DNA of 48,074 nt, from IMG/VR virus record IMGVR_UViG_3300020161_002351, positions 1-48,074 of that record; one strand, 5' to 3'. The stretch is from a virus (Duplodnaviria; Caudoviricetes). The position numbers and the translations under genes were made by a program. Below are positions 28,440 to 38,606 of this stretch, piece after piece. Below the pieces are notes generated by a model, which did no database searches, was not told the origin of the DNA, and saw only the letters and a list, made by a program, of their open reading frames with translations. The first letter of the stretch is position 1, and the number at the start of each line of letters is the position of its first letter.

Positions 28440-29968
28440 TGGCAAAAATAGTTAAAACAATAACAGGCTTAAAACCTGATCAAGATTATTTAATAGCACT
28501 CAGGGTTAAGAATACTGAAATATCAGCAATAGACGATCCCTATGAGTCTATTAGGATTCATACGCCAAAAGATCAAACCATTCCAGGCGCAATAGATATA
28601 AGTACATTTTATATTTATGGAAATTATAAATCTGTTATGTTTGAGTTTCAACCAACAGTAGAATTAGATGTTAATGGGTATAAGTATGAACTATATTCAG
28701 ATGCACTTGGCGCAACACTGATTTCTTCGGGCATAGCAACATCAACAGTATTTTCAATAGACGTTCCAGACAATAGCAATGCAGCCAATCCAGATGCGGC
28801 ACAAACTGATGTTATTTACTATGGACGAGTAAAGACTATTGACACTTCTGGTAATGAAAGTGGTTGGACTCCAAGCTCTGGTCTTAAAGCTTCAACAGCC
28901 ACAGACATGATTCAGGGTTCTCACATTTCAAGTTTAACAGCTGCAAAGATTACTGCTGGAACAATTGGTGCACATGAAATAATTCTAAAGCAACAAGGTG
29001 TTCAATATAGTATTACAGCTCCAGCAAATATGGCTATCATAAGATCATCAAATTATAATGGTAGCTTTAACAATACTACTGGAATTTGGACTTCTGGAAC
29101 AACTGGATGGGTCATTAGTGGTGATGGAAGAGCAGAATTTTCTACAGCTTCGATTAGAGGAACTGTAAAAGCTGGCTCAGTGTATATCGATGCCAACAAC
29201 CGTTGGAAGAGCAGTGAGTTTGGTGACACAATTGCAGATTCAATATTTAAAGTTGGAAATTCAACTAATTATATGTTTTACAATGGTATTGATGCTCTTG
29301 AAGTAAAAGGAACAATAAAAGCTACGGCAGGAAAAATAGCTGGCTGGGATATTAGTGGAGATAATCTTGTATCTGGAGCAGGCTATAACGGAGATATGGT
29401 CATTGGCCCAGGTGCTGGTCCTGCCTCAGAATATCCCGGAGCTGGAACAACAGGAGCAGTAACTATATCTGCTGGAACATCTGCGGCTGGTCGAATCTCA
29501 CGTGCAACGTTTAGTGGTTACGGAGCAACAATAGAGCGTGACGGGCAAGGTCCCTTTCTTGCAACTCGATATCAATTTGATGGGGTAAAGTATCAATATG
29601 CAGAAGATAAATTTGAGTTTAGATTAATTGGCAATGCTCCATATATTGTAATAAATGGTACTCAATTTCCTCTAACTACCGGCGCAGGCACGGATGCGGG
29701 CGGAGATGGTGGCGGTAGTGGTGGCTCTGGATCTGGAGCTGGCGGAGCACTGCCGGCTTGCTCTTGCACAAATAGTGCAACAGCGACTGGTGTTTGTGAT
29801 GTCGAACTTATGTGCAATGGACCAGGATGTTGGGATGGTTGTAGGTATAATACTTATGATTACTACACAGTTAGTTGCGTGGTGTCATCCGGATGCACCT
29901 GCACTGGATCAACATGCTCAGGCACTGTTGTTACCAGAGGTTGTTCCGCTCCAACGGTGTGTCAATAA
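28439..29968 (+). CDS. tail or host-recognition protein with FN3-like N-terminus and Cys-rich C-terminus
   Basis: TGLKPDQDY, YYGRVKTIDTSGNESGW, LTAAKITAGTI, Gly linker, Cys-rich end. Confidence 0.65.
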   Translation: MAKIVKTITGLKPDQDYLIALRVKNTEISAIDDPYESIRIHTPKDQTIPGAIDISTFYIYGNYKSVMFEFQPTVELDVNGYKYELYSDALGATLISSGIATSTVFSIDVPDNSNAANPDAAQTDVIYYGRVKTIDTSGNESGWTPSSGLKASTATDMIQGSHISSLTAAKITAGTIGAHEIILKQQGVQYSITAPANMAIIRSSNYNGSFNNTTGIWTSGTTGWVISGDGRAEFSTASIRGTVKAGSVYIDANNRWKSSEFGDTIADSIFKVGNSTNYMFYNGIDALEVKGTIKATAGKIAGWDISGDNLVSGAGYNGDMVIGPGAGPASEYPGAGTTGAVTISAGTSAAGRISRATFSGYGATIERDGQGPFLATRYQFDGVKYQYAEDKFEFRLIGNAPYIVINGTQFPLTTGAGTDAGGDGGGSGGSGSGAGGALPACSCTNSATATGVCDVELMCNGPGCWDGCRYNTYDYYTVSCVVSSGCTCTGSTCSGTVVTRGCSAPTVCQ

Positions 29969-30007
29969 AATATATATGATATAATAGTTTCCTAAATAGG
30001 AGAAATC

Positions 30008-30235
30008 ATGACTCAGAACAGAATGCCATCAACATGTTTTGCATATGTTATAGATGGGGAAGTAGGCCATTTACATTTTATGGCCAATATTGTAGAACAC
30101 GCTATTGCAGCAATGAAATCAGATCCAAAAGTTATAGAAGTACCAGAAGAATTAATTCCTTTAATGGAGCCAACAGTTGGTTTTGGCTGGACTTACGTAG
30201 ATGGCAATTTTGTTCCACCACCAGAAACAGTATGA
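30008..30235 (+). CDS. small tail-associated hypothetical protein
   Basis: FAYVIDGEV...GWTYVDGNFVPP; TGATATAAT at 29977-29985; AGGAG RBS. Confidence 0.65.
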   Translation: MTQNRMPSTCFAYVIDGEVGHLHFMANIVEHAIAAMKSDPKVIEVPEELIPLMEPTVGFGWTYVDGNFVPPPETV

Positions 30236-30282
30236 TATTTTCTGCTATACTATAAATTATTATTTGACAAAAGGACAAAATC

Positions 30283-30465
30283 ATGACTGAAGAAGTAGCA
30301 GCAACAGAACCTAAAAAAGAATTTAAAATTGAAATCACCCTTTCAGAAGCTAACGTAGCATACAAGAGCGATTTCCCTGAATCCGACACAGTTTTTTGGC
30401 TTGAGTGGGTAAAAACAATCATTTTACAAAAGACGCTTAGCAACTTAAATCAAGAAGCTAATTAA
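30283..30465 (+). CDS. hypothetical protein
   Basis: 60 aa; TGCTATACT at 30243-30251; AAGGA RBS. Confidence 0.6.
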   Translation: MTEEVAATEPKKEFKIEITLSEANVAYKSDFPESDTVFWLEWVKTIILQKTLSNLNQEAN

Positions 30466-30480
30466 ATTAATATAAAGGTC

Positions 30481-30488
30481 TACTATAT
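30481..30488 (+). promoter_or_regulatory. putative late promoter motif TACTATAT
   Basis: upstream of the portal gene. Confidence 0.55.
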
Positions 30489-30521
30489 CTTAGTATTCCC
30501 TCGTATTTAGGCGGCTAAAGA

Positions 30522-32153
30522 ATGGCTATTAAAAAATATTTCCCTGTACGCAATGATGAGTCCGCAGGAGACTTCGTTGCTAAAAAGGTAAATCCAGAAG
30601 ACTCAAAGTCAATAAGTAAGATATTCAAAGTAGCTTCTCTGGCTCTTGGGTATCAAGGAACAAATTATTACTACGCAGGTAGAAGTAACTTTGAACCATC
30701 CCCATATGACTTTGAAAGAATCCTTCAAGCAGTAGATACTGACTCTTATGTTAAGCAAGCTGTTTCAAAATATAAAGATCTATTTTGGAAAGAAGGTTGG
30801 AAAATAGTTGGAGAAAATCAAGAAGCTGTTTCTTATCTTTACCAAAGAATAGATTATATGGAAATGGCAATGAAGAGACCATTCTTGGATTTCCTCATTG
30901 AAATGTCAGATCAGCTAATAAAATTTTCAAACGTCTTTGCCGTAAAAGCAAGAGGAGAATTGAATGATTATTTCCCAAGAAATCTTACTCCAGTAAGTTC
31001 TACTCAACCAATAGTTGGTTATTATTTAATTCCTACTGAGCAAGTAAGAATAATGAGAGATAAGCACAATAGACCTAAGACCTATTTGCAAAGAACAGAT
31101 CCATTGACTTATGCTCCTACTGACCGAGATCCAGTTTGGTCAGCTGATAGAGTAATACATTTATTCTTTGACAGAAAACCAGGTAGAGCTTTTGGTACTC
31201 CATACTTGTCTAACGTAATGGATGACGTAGTTGCATTAAGACAGATGGAAGAGGATATTCAAAATCTTGTTCACAGAGAATTATTTCCGTTATATAAATA
31301 TATTATTGGAACAGCTGATCAACCAGCAGAGCCAGATGAAATAGAAAAAGCCGCTTCAGAAATAGAAAACTTAAGATCTGAAGGTGGATTAATTCTTCCG
31401 TACAGACATGATGTTGATGTAATTGGAGTTGGCAAAGAAGGCCTTGATGCAACTAATTACTTGCAACACTTTAAGGAAAGAGTGTCTGTTGGTCTAGGAG
31501 TTGCTCCGCACCATCTTGGTATGACCATGAATGGTGGAAATAGATCCATGTCAGAAAGATTAGATACGTCGCTTTATGACAAGATCAAGCAGTTTCAAAA
31601 GCAATTTGCTGAGATGGTTAGATTGCATATATTCAATGAACTTTTATTTGAAGGTGGATTTGATCCAATTGAAAATCCTATGGAATCATCGATGTCCGAC
31701 AGATGCTACTTTAAGTTCAACGAAATAGATACCGATACTCAGGTAAAGAAAGAAACACATATTATTCAAAAATATGTTAACTCATTGCTTACTTTAACTG
31801 AGGCAAGAACTGAAATGGGAATAGATCCTGAAGCTAATATGGATGATTTGTTTAGCGCAATTCAAACAGACCAGCAAAAAGATATTATAGATGCCCAGGC
31901 TACTGCTAATCCTCCTGCCACTACAGTTGCAGGCGATAAACAAACATCAGCTAAAAAAGGCTCAAGAAACATGCCCTCAAAAAGAAAAGGTGTGGGCAAT
32001 GTTATTAGACCACAAAATCAAAATGGAAGAAAGACTTCTCCAAATATAAAAAGATCAGATCCTGATTGGATTAATACTGTTGAGAACTTGCTCCAAGAGC
32101 AATATGATGTTAAGATAGAAGAATCAAACTTAACGATCCAGAGCGAGGAATAA
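30522..32153 (+). CDS. portal protein
   Basis: 543 aa; VIHLFFDRKPGRAFGTPYL and GLGVAPHHLG; lies between TerL and protease/MCP. Confidence 0.8.
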   Translation: MAIKKYFPVRNDESAGDFVAKKVNPEDSKSISKIFKVASLALGYQGTNYYYAGRSNFEPSPYDFERILQAVDTDSYVKQAVSKYKDLFWKEGWKIVGENQEAVSYLYQRIDYMEMAMKRPFLDFLIEMSDQLIKFSNVFAVKARGELNDYFPRNLTPVSSTQPIVGYYLIPTEQVRIMRDKHNRPKTYLQRTDPLTYAPTDRDPVWSADRVIHLFFDRKPGRAFGTPYLSNVMDDVVALRQMEEDIQNLVHRELFPLYKYIIGTADQPAEPDEIEKAASEIENLRSEGGLILPYRHDVDVIGVGKEGLDATNYLQHFKERVSVGLGVAPHHLGMTMNGGNRSMSERLDTSLYDKIKQFQKQFAEMVRLHIFNELLFEGGFDPIENPMESSMSDRCYFKFNEIDTDTQVKKETHIIQKYVNSLLTLTEARTEMGIDPEANMDDLFSAIQTDQQKDIIDAQATANPPATTVAGDKQTSAKKGSRNMPSKRKGVGNVIRPQNQNGRKTSPNIKRSDPDWINTVENLLQEQYDVKIEESNLTIQSEE

Positions 32154-32479
32154 TGCCATTCATTATAACATCAGACACTTCTAAACAATACCTTAGAGAA
32201 GATGACGCAGTAAAAGGTTTTGAAATTGCAGTCGGAAATGGTCAGAGTCGTATGGCTCTTACAATTCTTGTTGATGTAATCAACGGAATGATGGAAATTT
32301 TTAATTCTGTTGAAGATGAATTACTAGAAGAAAAAGAAGAAACAGCACCAACACCAGTTGCTGTTGAAGAGCCTAAGCTACAAAAGCAAACTGAAGTTTT
32401 AACAACTCCAGAAGAAGAAGTTTTGCCAGTGGCTAAACCAGTTGCCAAAAAAGAAACAAAAACAACCGAAGAAAAATGA
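32153..32479 (+). CDS. hypothetical protein with acidic low-complexity tail
   Basis: 108 aa, coupled to the portal gene. Confidence 0.65.
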   Translation: MPFIITSDTSKQYLREDDAVKGFEIAVGNGQSRMALTILVDVINGMMEIFNSVEDELLEEKEETAPTPVAVEEPKLQKQTEVLTTPEEEVLPVAKPVAKKETKTTEEK

Positions 32480-33261
32480 AACTAATTATAGGTTGTCCTA
32501 TATATAAAAGAGAATGGATTTTTCCATACTGGGCAATGGCTATTGAAAGACAGTCAGTCCCTCTTAATGATGTAGGTTTTATTTTTATTGTATCTTCTTC
32601 TGATCAAGGAACTATTTCCATGATTAATAGATGGAAAGAAGTTTCAAAAAATTCAATTGGATTTGTTGACATTGTAGTTAAGGACGATCTTGCTCATCAT
32701 GAGCATGATTCGAAGTCTAGACAATGGACAATGTCTAAATATCACAATATGGTTAATTTAAGAAATACTCTTTTGGGTGAAGTAAGAAAATACCAACCAG
32801 ATTATTTCTTTAGCCTAGATTCAGATATTATTATTCATAATACGTCAACTATAGAATTATTGATAAGTCACATTAAAGATGGTGCAGACGCAGTTAGTCC
32901 ATTAATGTTTATGACTCCAATTGGAACAGATTTTCCAAGCGTTATGACATGGTTGGACAAGTCGGGCGATAGAGCTAATAGAGCTAGAAACTATCCACTT
33001 GGAACTTATTTCAAATCAGATATTATTATGGCTGCAAAAATGATGTCAAAAGACACATACAATAAGGTTGATTACGTTTTCCATTCACAGGGAGAAGACC
33101 TTGGATGGTGCTCCGATGCCCGTGCAAAAGGCATAACAGAGCTATATTCAGCGTCATATATATATGCCCCACATATTATGCACCAAGAAATGCTTGAAGC
33201 CTTTACTAAAGGTGGAGATCCAAGAATTTCTGTTGCATTTGAAAACATGGTAAAAATATGA
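32476..33261 (+). CDS. GT-A fold (family 2-like) glycosyltransferase
   Basis: IIGCPIYKR, LRNTLL, FSLDSD (DxD), GEDLGWC. Confidence 0.8.
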   Translation: MKLIIGCPIYKREWIFPYWAMAIERQSVPLNDVGFIFIVSSSDQGTISMINRWKEVSKNSIGFVDIVVKDDLAHHEHDSKSRQWTMSKYHNMVNLRNTLLGEVRKYQPDYFFSLDSDIIIHNTSTIELLISHIKDGADAVSPLMFMTPIGTDFPSVMTWLDKSGDRANRARNYPLGTYFKSDIIMAAKMMSKDTYNKVDYVFHSQGEDLGWCSDARAKGITELYSASYIYAPHIMHQEMLEAFTKGGDPRISVAFENMVKI

Positions 33262-33301
33262 TATCTTTATATAAAATTGTTTAATGTTATAAAAACAAAT
33301 T

Positions 33302-33309
33302 TACTATAT
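33302..33309 (+). promoter_or_regulatory. putative late promoter motif TACTATAT
   Basis: upstream of the protease-capsid operon. Confidence 0.55.
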
Positions 33310-33337
33310 ATACAGATTTTAAAAAATGGAGAATTAA

Positions 33338-35054
33338 ATGGCTTTTAACTTTGTGGAAACCTTTACGGTTCAGCTGCCAGATTTTACTGATATGGATTTA
33401 GATTTCTCAGAATCTCAAAATGCAAACAAAGGTTTAATCATTGAGGTTGCAGCTATCCATGAACGGATTGACTGGCAACTATAATAATTATTCTGCAATA
33501 GAATTAGAAAAAGCTCTTCAATCATGGGTTGAGCCATACCCTAAGCCAATCATCCTAAACCATGATCTTAACTCAGAGCCAATTGGCCGTGTTATGGCAG
33601 CAAAGATGGATAAAGAAGAAGACGGTTCACACTTTGTTCGTTTGCAAGTTGCAATCACTGATCCAGTAGCAATCCAAAAAGTCCTTGATAAAAGATACCT
33701 AACAGGTTCAGTTGGCGGAAGAGCCGGCAAAGCAGTCTGCTCGATATCTGGAGATGATTTAGCTTCAGAGAGTGCCGATGGCAGACCAAAGGCTCAGAAA
33801 TTTAAGAGGGGCCAAGTTTATAAGGGTAAGTTGGCATTCATCGACATGCAAGACATTTCCTTTAAAGAATACTCGTTTGTTAATCAGCCAGCAGACTCTA
33901 AGTCTGGTGTGAGGAAGTCTTCTTCTGGAGATATTAAAGTAGAAAACTCTTCAGATGACTGGGTAGCAAGAAGTTCTGCATTCGTACTTAACATGGATGA
34001 AGAGGACATATATTCAGTAGAAGAACATAAATCGATTCTATCAGGTTTAAAATCTAAAGAATCTAAACCACTTTATCTACATTTGAAGGGCTCTTTTCTT
34101 ACAGCTATTGCTGTTCATGAAAGTGAAAATTACAAATACAATAGCAACTCATTACTATCTAATGAGAATGATAATAATGAAGATCATGAGGAGAATTCAA
34201 AAATGGAAGAAAGCGTTCAGAATGAGGATGTTTTGGCTGCTGTAGAAAGCCTTAGCCAAGATCTCTCAACAATTACCGCAGTTTCAGCTCAGGAATCGCA
34301 GGAGCCTGTTGCAGAGCCAGCAGAAGCAGAAGTAGAAGTCAAGCCTGAAGAAGTCGAGACTGCAGAAGAAAAAGGCGCTGATTCAGAGCCAGTAGCAGAA
34401 AGCCAGGATATGGTTTCCGTATTAAAGCAAGCACTTGTTTTAGCTACTGAAGTTAAAGATCAAGATTTGGTTGACATCTTGACAGCAAAAATAGCTGCAC
34501 AAGAAGAAGTAAAAGAAGAAAAGATTTCTAATGAAACTTCAGAGTCGGTAGAAGAACAGGCTGAATTAGCTGTTGAATCTGTAGACGCTGAGGTTGCTGA
34601 AGAAAACAAGGTAATTGAAGAGCCAAAGGCAGAGCTCACTAGTCCAGAACAAACTTCTGAGCAAGATGCCGATGACGCAAGTAAGAAGCTTCAATTGCTT
34701 GAAGAAGAAAATCAAAAACTCAAGAGCGCATTGCACAGAACTCTCGCAGAGAGAGTTGTGGACACAAAGATTGCAGCTGGAATTGAGGGACCTGAATCAA
34801 GAGAAGAGTCAATTGCAGAGCACGTAAAGCGCACTGCATCATCGTTGGCTGATTCTCTAAGAGATCTAGCAGGAATGCCAGTAGCCAAAAAGGTTAAGGG
34901 CACAATGCCAGAAATCAGCTCGGAAATTGAAGCTGTTGAAAGTGAAGACAATGTCATCACAATCGACGGTGAACAAGAAGAGTCAAAAAAACAGGCTACC
35001 GATACTTCAGAACAACTTTTTGTAGATGCTCTCATGGGTCGTCGTAAACTTTAA
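33338..35054 (+). CDS. prohead protease + scaffold (about 571 aa), interrupted by a +1 frameshift at in-frame CGG (33464)
   Basis: GGAG RBS + ATG 33338; AAIHE-(c)-GLTGNYNNYS; PIILNHD, PIGRV, TGSVG, EYSFVNQPAD; acidic coiled-coil C-terminus. Confidence 0.8.
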
Positions 35055-35081
35055 TCAATATATATTCTTAAGGAGAATTAA

Positions 35082-35843
35082 ATGTCATTAGCAAAATTTC
35101 GTAAAGTAGGAACTAAAACTGGTTCTGGTCGCTTTGTAGTTTCTGAGGGTATCGCCCCAGCAGCTTATTTGCTCCCATCACAGGGCCTTCCAACTTGGTA
35201 CCAGGACAGTGAAGATGATCGTTTCGAGATCGTCATCACCAAGGGTACCATTCTTTCAGTAGTAGCTGACGCAAATGGTGATGCAAGAATCGTACCTGCA
35301 AACGGTAGTGCTTCGAGTGTTACCTGGGGCGACGCGATGCCAGCATCGTGGGATCCTTTGAATGGTGCAACACCAGCTTATTCGTCAGGTGCAACCGATT
35401 CTGTAGCAGTTGCTTCTTATTCGGTTCCAGTTGGCGTAGCACAGTATGACCTCTACCGTCCATTCGATAAGGGCACCTCACAGGGTGCAGGCTTTATCGC
35501 ACGTGGTTATGTAGAGTATCCAATGGTTTCATTGGTAAATGATGATGTAACGGTCGGCTCTTTAATCAAGGCTGATCATATGGGTCGCCCAGTGTCGTTA
35601 ACAACGGCGTTGTGTGGTACAAATCCTTACCTCCAGGTTGGTAAGGTTATTGAGGTAGAGAAATTCGCTACCAACTTTGATGACGGTCTGCTTTCATACA
35701 TGCAGTTGCCATCAGATCCAGGTGCACTGAAGACGGTTTACGAGCTTACCCGCTCAGGATCGTACTCAGGTAAACTGGGTATCCGTTCTAATCTGGATGT
35801 AAACAATGTTATTGGTGCATTCCGCGTCAATTTAACACTTTAA
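35082..35843 (+). CDS. capsid decoration or minor capsid protein
   Basis: between scaffold and MCP; strong RBS; codon bias like the MCP gene. Confidence 0.65.
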   Translation: MSLAKFRKVGTKTGSGRFVVSEGIAPAAYLLPSQGLPTWYQDSEDDRFEIVITKGTILSVVADANGDARIVPANGSASSVTWGDAMPASWDPLNGATPAYSSGATDSVAVASYSVPVGVAQYDLYRPFDKGTSQGAGFIARGYVEYPMVSLVNDDVTVGSLIKADHMGRPVSLTTALCGTNPYLQVGKVIEVEKFATNFDDGLLSYMQLPSDPGALKTVYELTRSGSYSGKLGIRSNLDVNNVIGAFRVNLTL

Positions 35844-35876
35844 TTAAGAAAATAACACAGGAGGAATATTCCTAAG

Positions 35877-36932
35877 ATGAGCAAGACAATCCAAGAGCTC
35901 CTCTCGGGTCTCCCAGCATGGGAGACTGCACTAACCGAGGATGGACACGTAGATGAAAACAATAGAGTGACTATTAAAGAGGCTTTTTCGTCCCCAGACG
36001 CAGCAGCACTCTTTCCTAAAGTTATCTCTCGTACCCTAAAGGAAGCAGCAGAGCCACAGTTACTCGTTACTCCGTTGCTTTCGACAGTGCGCTTAGGGAA
36101 AGGACGCTCCTTGGAGTTTCCAGCAGTTAATGCAATTCAGGCAGCAGAAATTCCTGAAGGACAAGAGTACCCAGAACAGGCACTCGCATTTGCTAAGCAG
36201 ATTGAAGGCAAAGTCTCAAAGAAGGGCGTTAAGCTCTCCTTCACCGAGGAAGTCATCGCTGACTCCCTTTGGGACATTGTAGGTCTTCATGTTCGCGCAG
36301 CAGGTCGTGCAATGGCCCGTTTGAAGGAACAAATTGCCCTCAGTCGTTTCAAGGATGCAGCAAGCATTGTGTTCGACAATGAGAGCGGTTCATATGATGA
36401 TACAACAGGTCGTGGGATTGACGGTGTGTTTAACAAAACCGTTACCTGGGATGATGTTATCGACATGGCAGCAGTTCTTATGGCAGAAAATCATATCCCA
36501 ACAGACTTTATCCTCCACCCATTAATGTGGTCGGTATTCTTGAAGGATGCAATTTTCCACACTGGTGGCTCAGCAGCAGCAGTTAACACGAGTTGGGGAT
36601 ACCGTCCAGATTCAAAAGAAGGTGTTTTAAACAACACCGCTCCTATGGGTTTGAATGTTATCGTTTCACCTTTCGTTAGCTTCACTGCAAAATCTGGGGC
36701 AACTCCAGCAATGTCAGATCTTTTCTTGATCGACCGCAACGAAGTGGGAACACTTCTTGTGAAAGATGACATGAGCACGGATCAGTTCGATGATCCTTCG
36801 CGTGACATCCGTCAGATGAAGATGAAAGAACGTTATGACATCGTAATGCTTGGTGACGGTGAAGGTATCACTGTTGCTAAGAACGTTAGACTTGCTCGTA
36901 ATTACGAGGTTCAAGTTACAAACGAGATGTAA
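35877..36932 (+). CDS. major capsid protein (HK97 fold)
   Basis: EIPEGQEYP, KKGVKLSFTEEVIADS, ILHP, KMKERYD; AGGAGG RBS; terminator follows. Confidence 0.9.
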   Translation: MSKTIQELLSGLPAWETALTEDGHVDENNRVTIKEAFSSPDAAALFPKVISRTLKEAAEPQLLVTPLLSTVRLGKGRSLEFPAVNAIQAAEIPEGQEYPEQALAFAKQIEGKVSKKGVKLSFTEEVIADSLWDIVGLHVRAAGRAMARLKEQIALSRFKDAASIVFDNESGSYDDTTGRGIDGVFNKTVTWDDVIDMAAVLMAENHIPTDFILHPLMWSVFLKDAIFHTGGSAAAVNTSWGYRPDSKEGVLNNTAPMGLNVIVSPFVSFTAKSGATPAMSDLFLIDRNEVGTLLVKDDMSTDQFDDPSRDIRQMKMKERYDIVMLGDGEGITVAKNVRLARNYEVQVTNEM

Positions 36933-36971
36933 TAATAAAAACCTTAGGGTAGTTATAGTTACGGTTACCTT

Positions 36972-37010
36972 AGTAGCAAGGGGCGGCGAAAGCCGTCCCT
37001 TGTTGCTTTT
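36972..37010 (+). terminator. rho-independent terminator after the MCP gene
   Basis: AGTAGCAAGGGGCGGC-GAAA-GCCGTCCCTTGTTGCT followed by T residues. Confidence 0.8.
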
Positions 37011-37060
37011 CTCGAAAAAGTTTGTTACTAAAGAGTTAGTTTTTTTGTGAGGAGAATATT

Positions 37061-37846
37061 TTGTCGCTTCCTTTAATAGATAGCATTGTCGCCATTGATC
37101 TCAACATGGTGGTAATTAAATTTGGAAAAACAATTAAAATTAGTAGTTTAAAAAATGAAAACTTTATTGTTCAAACAAATGCCGCAACACCATCTGCTGT
37201 TAGCAATCCGTTTGCACCTATCCAAACTTTAGTTGACTATAACCAAATATCAAGAACGTTAAGACTATATTGGGACGAGCAAGTTGATCTTGCTTCTGAC
37301 CAACAATATCTAATTAGATTAGTTAATTTTTTAGATGCAGTAAACGAGTCAATAGATGAAGAACAAGTATTATTCACCTGGAAGGGCAATGATGCAACCC
37401 CATCTTCATTTTCTTCTGTTAGAGCACCAGATGTTACAGAAATCTTAGTTGAAGACAAGTCAGTAAGAACAGACGCTTATACAAGTATTCAAATCCTTGC
37501 TAAGAACCCAGAGTTCTTTGTTTCTGAAGTATACCCAGTAAATGGTGACTTTTACTTGGGCAATGATTTTAATATGGGAAGAGCAGTCATAGTCTTTAAT
37601 GCAAGGCCGGCATCGAACTACTTAAGTAATACTTACTTTAAATGCCAAAGAAAAAAGATACAAAGAACACCATCAAGATGGGAAAACATATCTACGGTAA
37701 TTCAATTGCATTCTTGGAAGCCAGAAGTATTTATCGACTTCCCATCTCTACTAGATGCAACCCCAGCATATTACACTGAAGATAAAGAGTATTTTGAAAG
37801 TGGATATAAATACAGGATTGTAATATCTAAAGACATTGGTGTTTAA
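37061..37846 (+). CDS. Ig-like virion protein
   Basis: GAGGAG RBS + TTG; two beta-sandwich-like segments (VIKFGK; VYPVNG..IVFNARP..YRIVISKDI). Confidence 0.6.
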   Translation: MSLPLIDSIVAIDLNMVVIKFGKTIKISSLKNENFIVQTNAATPSAVSNPFAPIQTLVDYNQISRTLRLYWDEQVDLASDQQYLIRLVNFLDAVNESIDEEQVLFTWKGNDATPSSFSSVRAPDVTEILVEDKSVRTDAYTSIQILAKNPEFFVSEVYPVNGDFYLGNDFNMGRAVIVFNARPASNYLSNTYFKCQRKKIQRTPSRWENISTVIQLHSWKPEVFIDFPSLLDATPAYYTEDKEYFESGYKYRIVISKDIGV

Positions 37847-37849
37847 AAG

Positions 37850-38260
37850 ATGGCTAATTTAGTTTATGGCAAAGCTAAAACTGGTCTTTTAACAGGATTA
37901 ATAAATACCTCTGCTTCTCAATATGCGGTATTGCTAGTTAATAAAAGCCTTTATTCAATCAACGCATTAACTGATGAATTTGTTTCAAACATTCCAGCAC
38001 TAGCTATAAAGACAAGAACTGGAAATATTAGTGGGATAACAGTTAGCAATGGTGTGCTAGACGCAAGTGATTTAACAGTTCTTCACGATGGCTCATACTT
38101 TGACGCAATTATTTGCTATCAAGTAGGTAGCACTGACGCTAATTCAAGATTGTTTTTTTACATAGATTCTTCAACAGGTTTACCATACGAAGGTAGTAAT
38201 TCTAGTTCTTCAATTACTATTGTCTGGAGTAACACCGTTAGTAAAATACTATCACTGTAG
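37850..38260 (+). CDS. virion structural protein
   Basis: 136 aa in the virion operon. Confidence 0.65.
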   Translation: MANLVYGKAKTGLLTGLINTSASQYAVLLVNKSLYSINALTDEFVSNIPALAIKTRTGNISGITVSNGVLDASDLTVLHDGSYFDAIICYQVGSTDANSRLFFYIDSSTGLPYEGSNSSSSITIVWSNTVSKILSL

Positions 38261-38267
38261 GAAAAAT

Positions 38268-38606
38268 ATGGCTACTCAATATCCAGCTTCTTTAGATAAC
38301 TTTGTTAATCCAAGTTCAACCGATAGGCTCGATTCTGTAGCCGTCCCCCACCATAAGCAGCATACAGACATTAACGACGCTGTAGAGGCTTTACAGACGG
38401 TTATAGGACTAAACCCAGCAGGGTCACACTTAACTGTTAAAGATAGAATAATTGCAGCTGAAACAAATATTTCCACCCAATCAGTTTTAAATGGTTTGAC
38501 CGATGTTACTATAAACACAGCTGCCAGTGGACAAATTTTACGCTATAACGGATCTCAGTGGGTCAACTACGCAGAGTCAGACCTAGTTGATGGAGGAAAT
38601 TTTTAA
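38268..38606 (+). CDS. virion or fibre-associated protein
   Basis: ATG 38268 after AGGA; YPASLD..., LTDVTI..A.SGQILRYNGSQWVN repeat unit, C-terminal DGGNF. Confidence 0.7.
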   Translation: MATQYPASLDNFVNPSSTDRLDSVAVPHHKQHTDINDAVEALQTVIGLNPAGSHLTVKDRIIAAETNISTQSVLNGLTDVTINTAASGQILRYNGSQWVNYAESDLVDGGNF

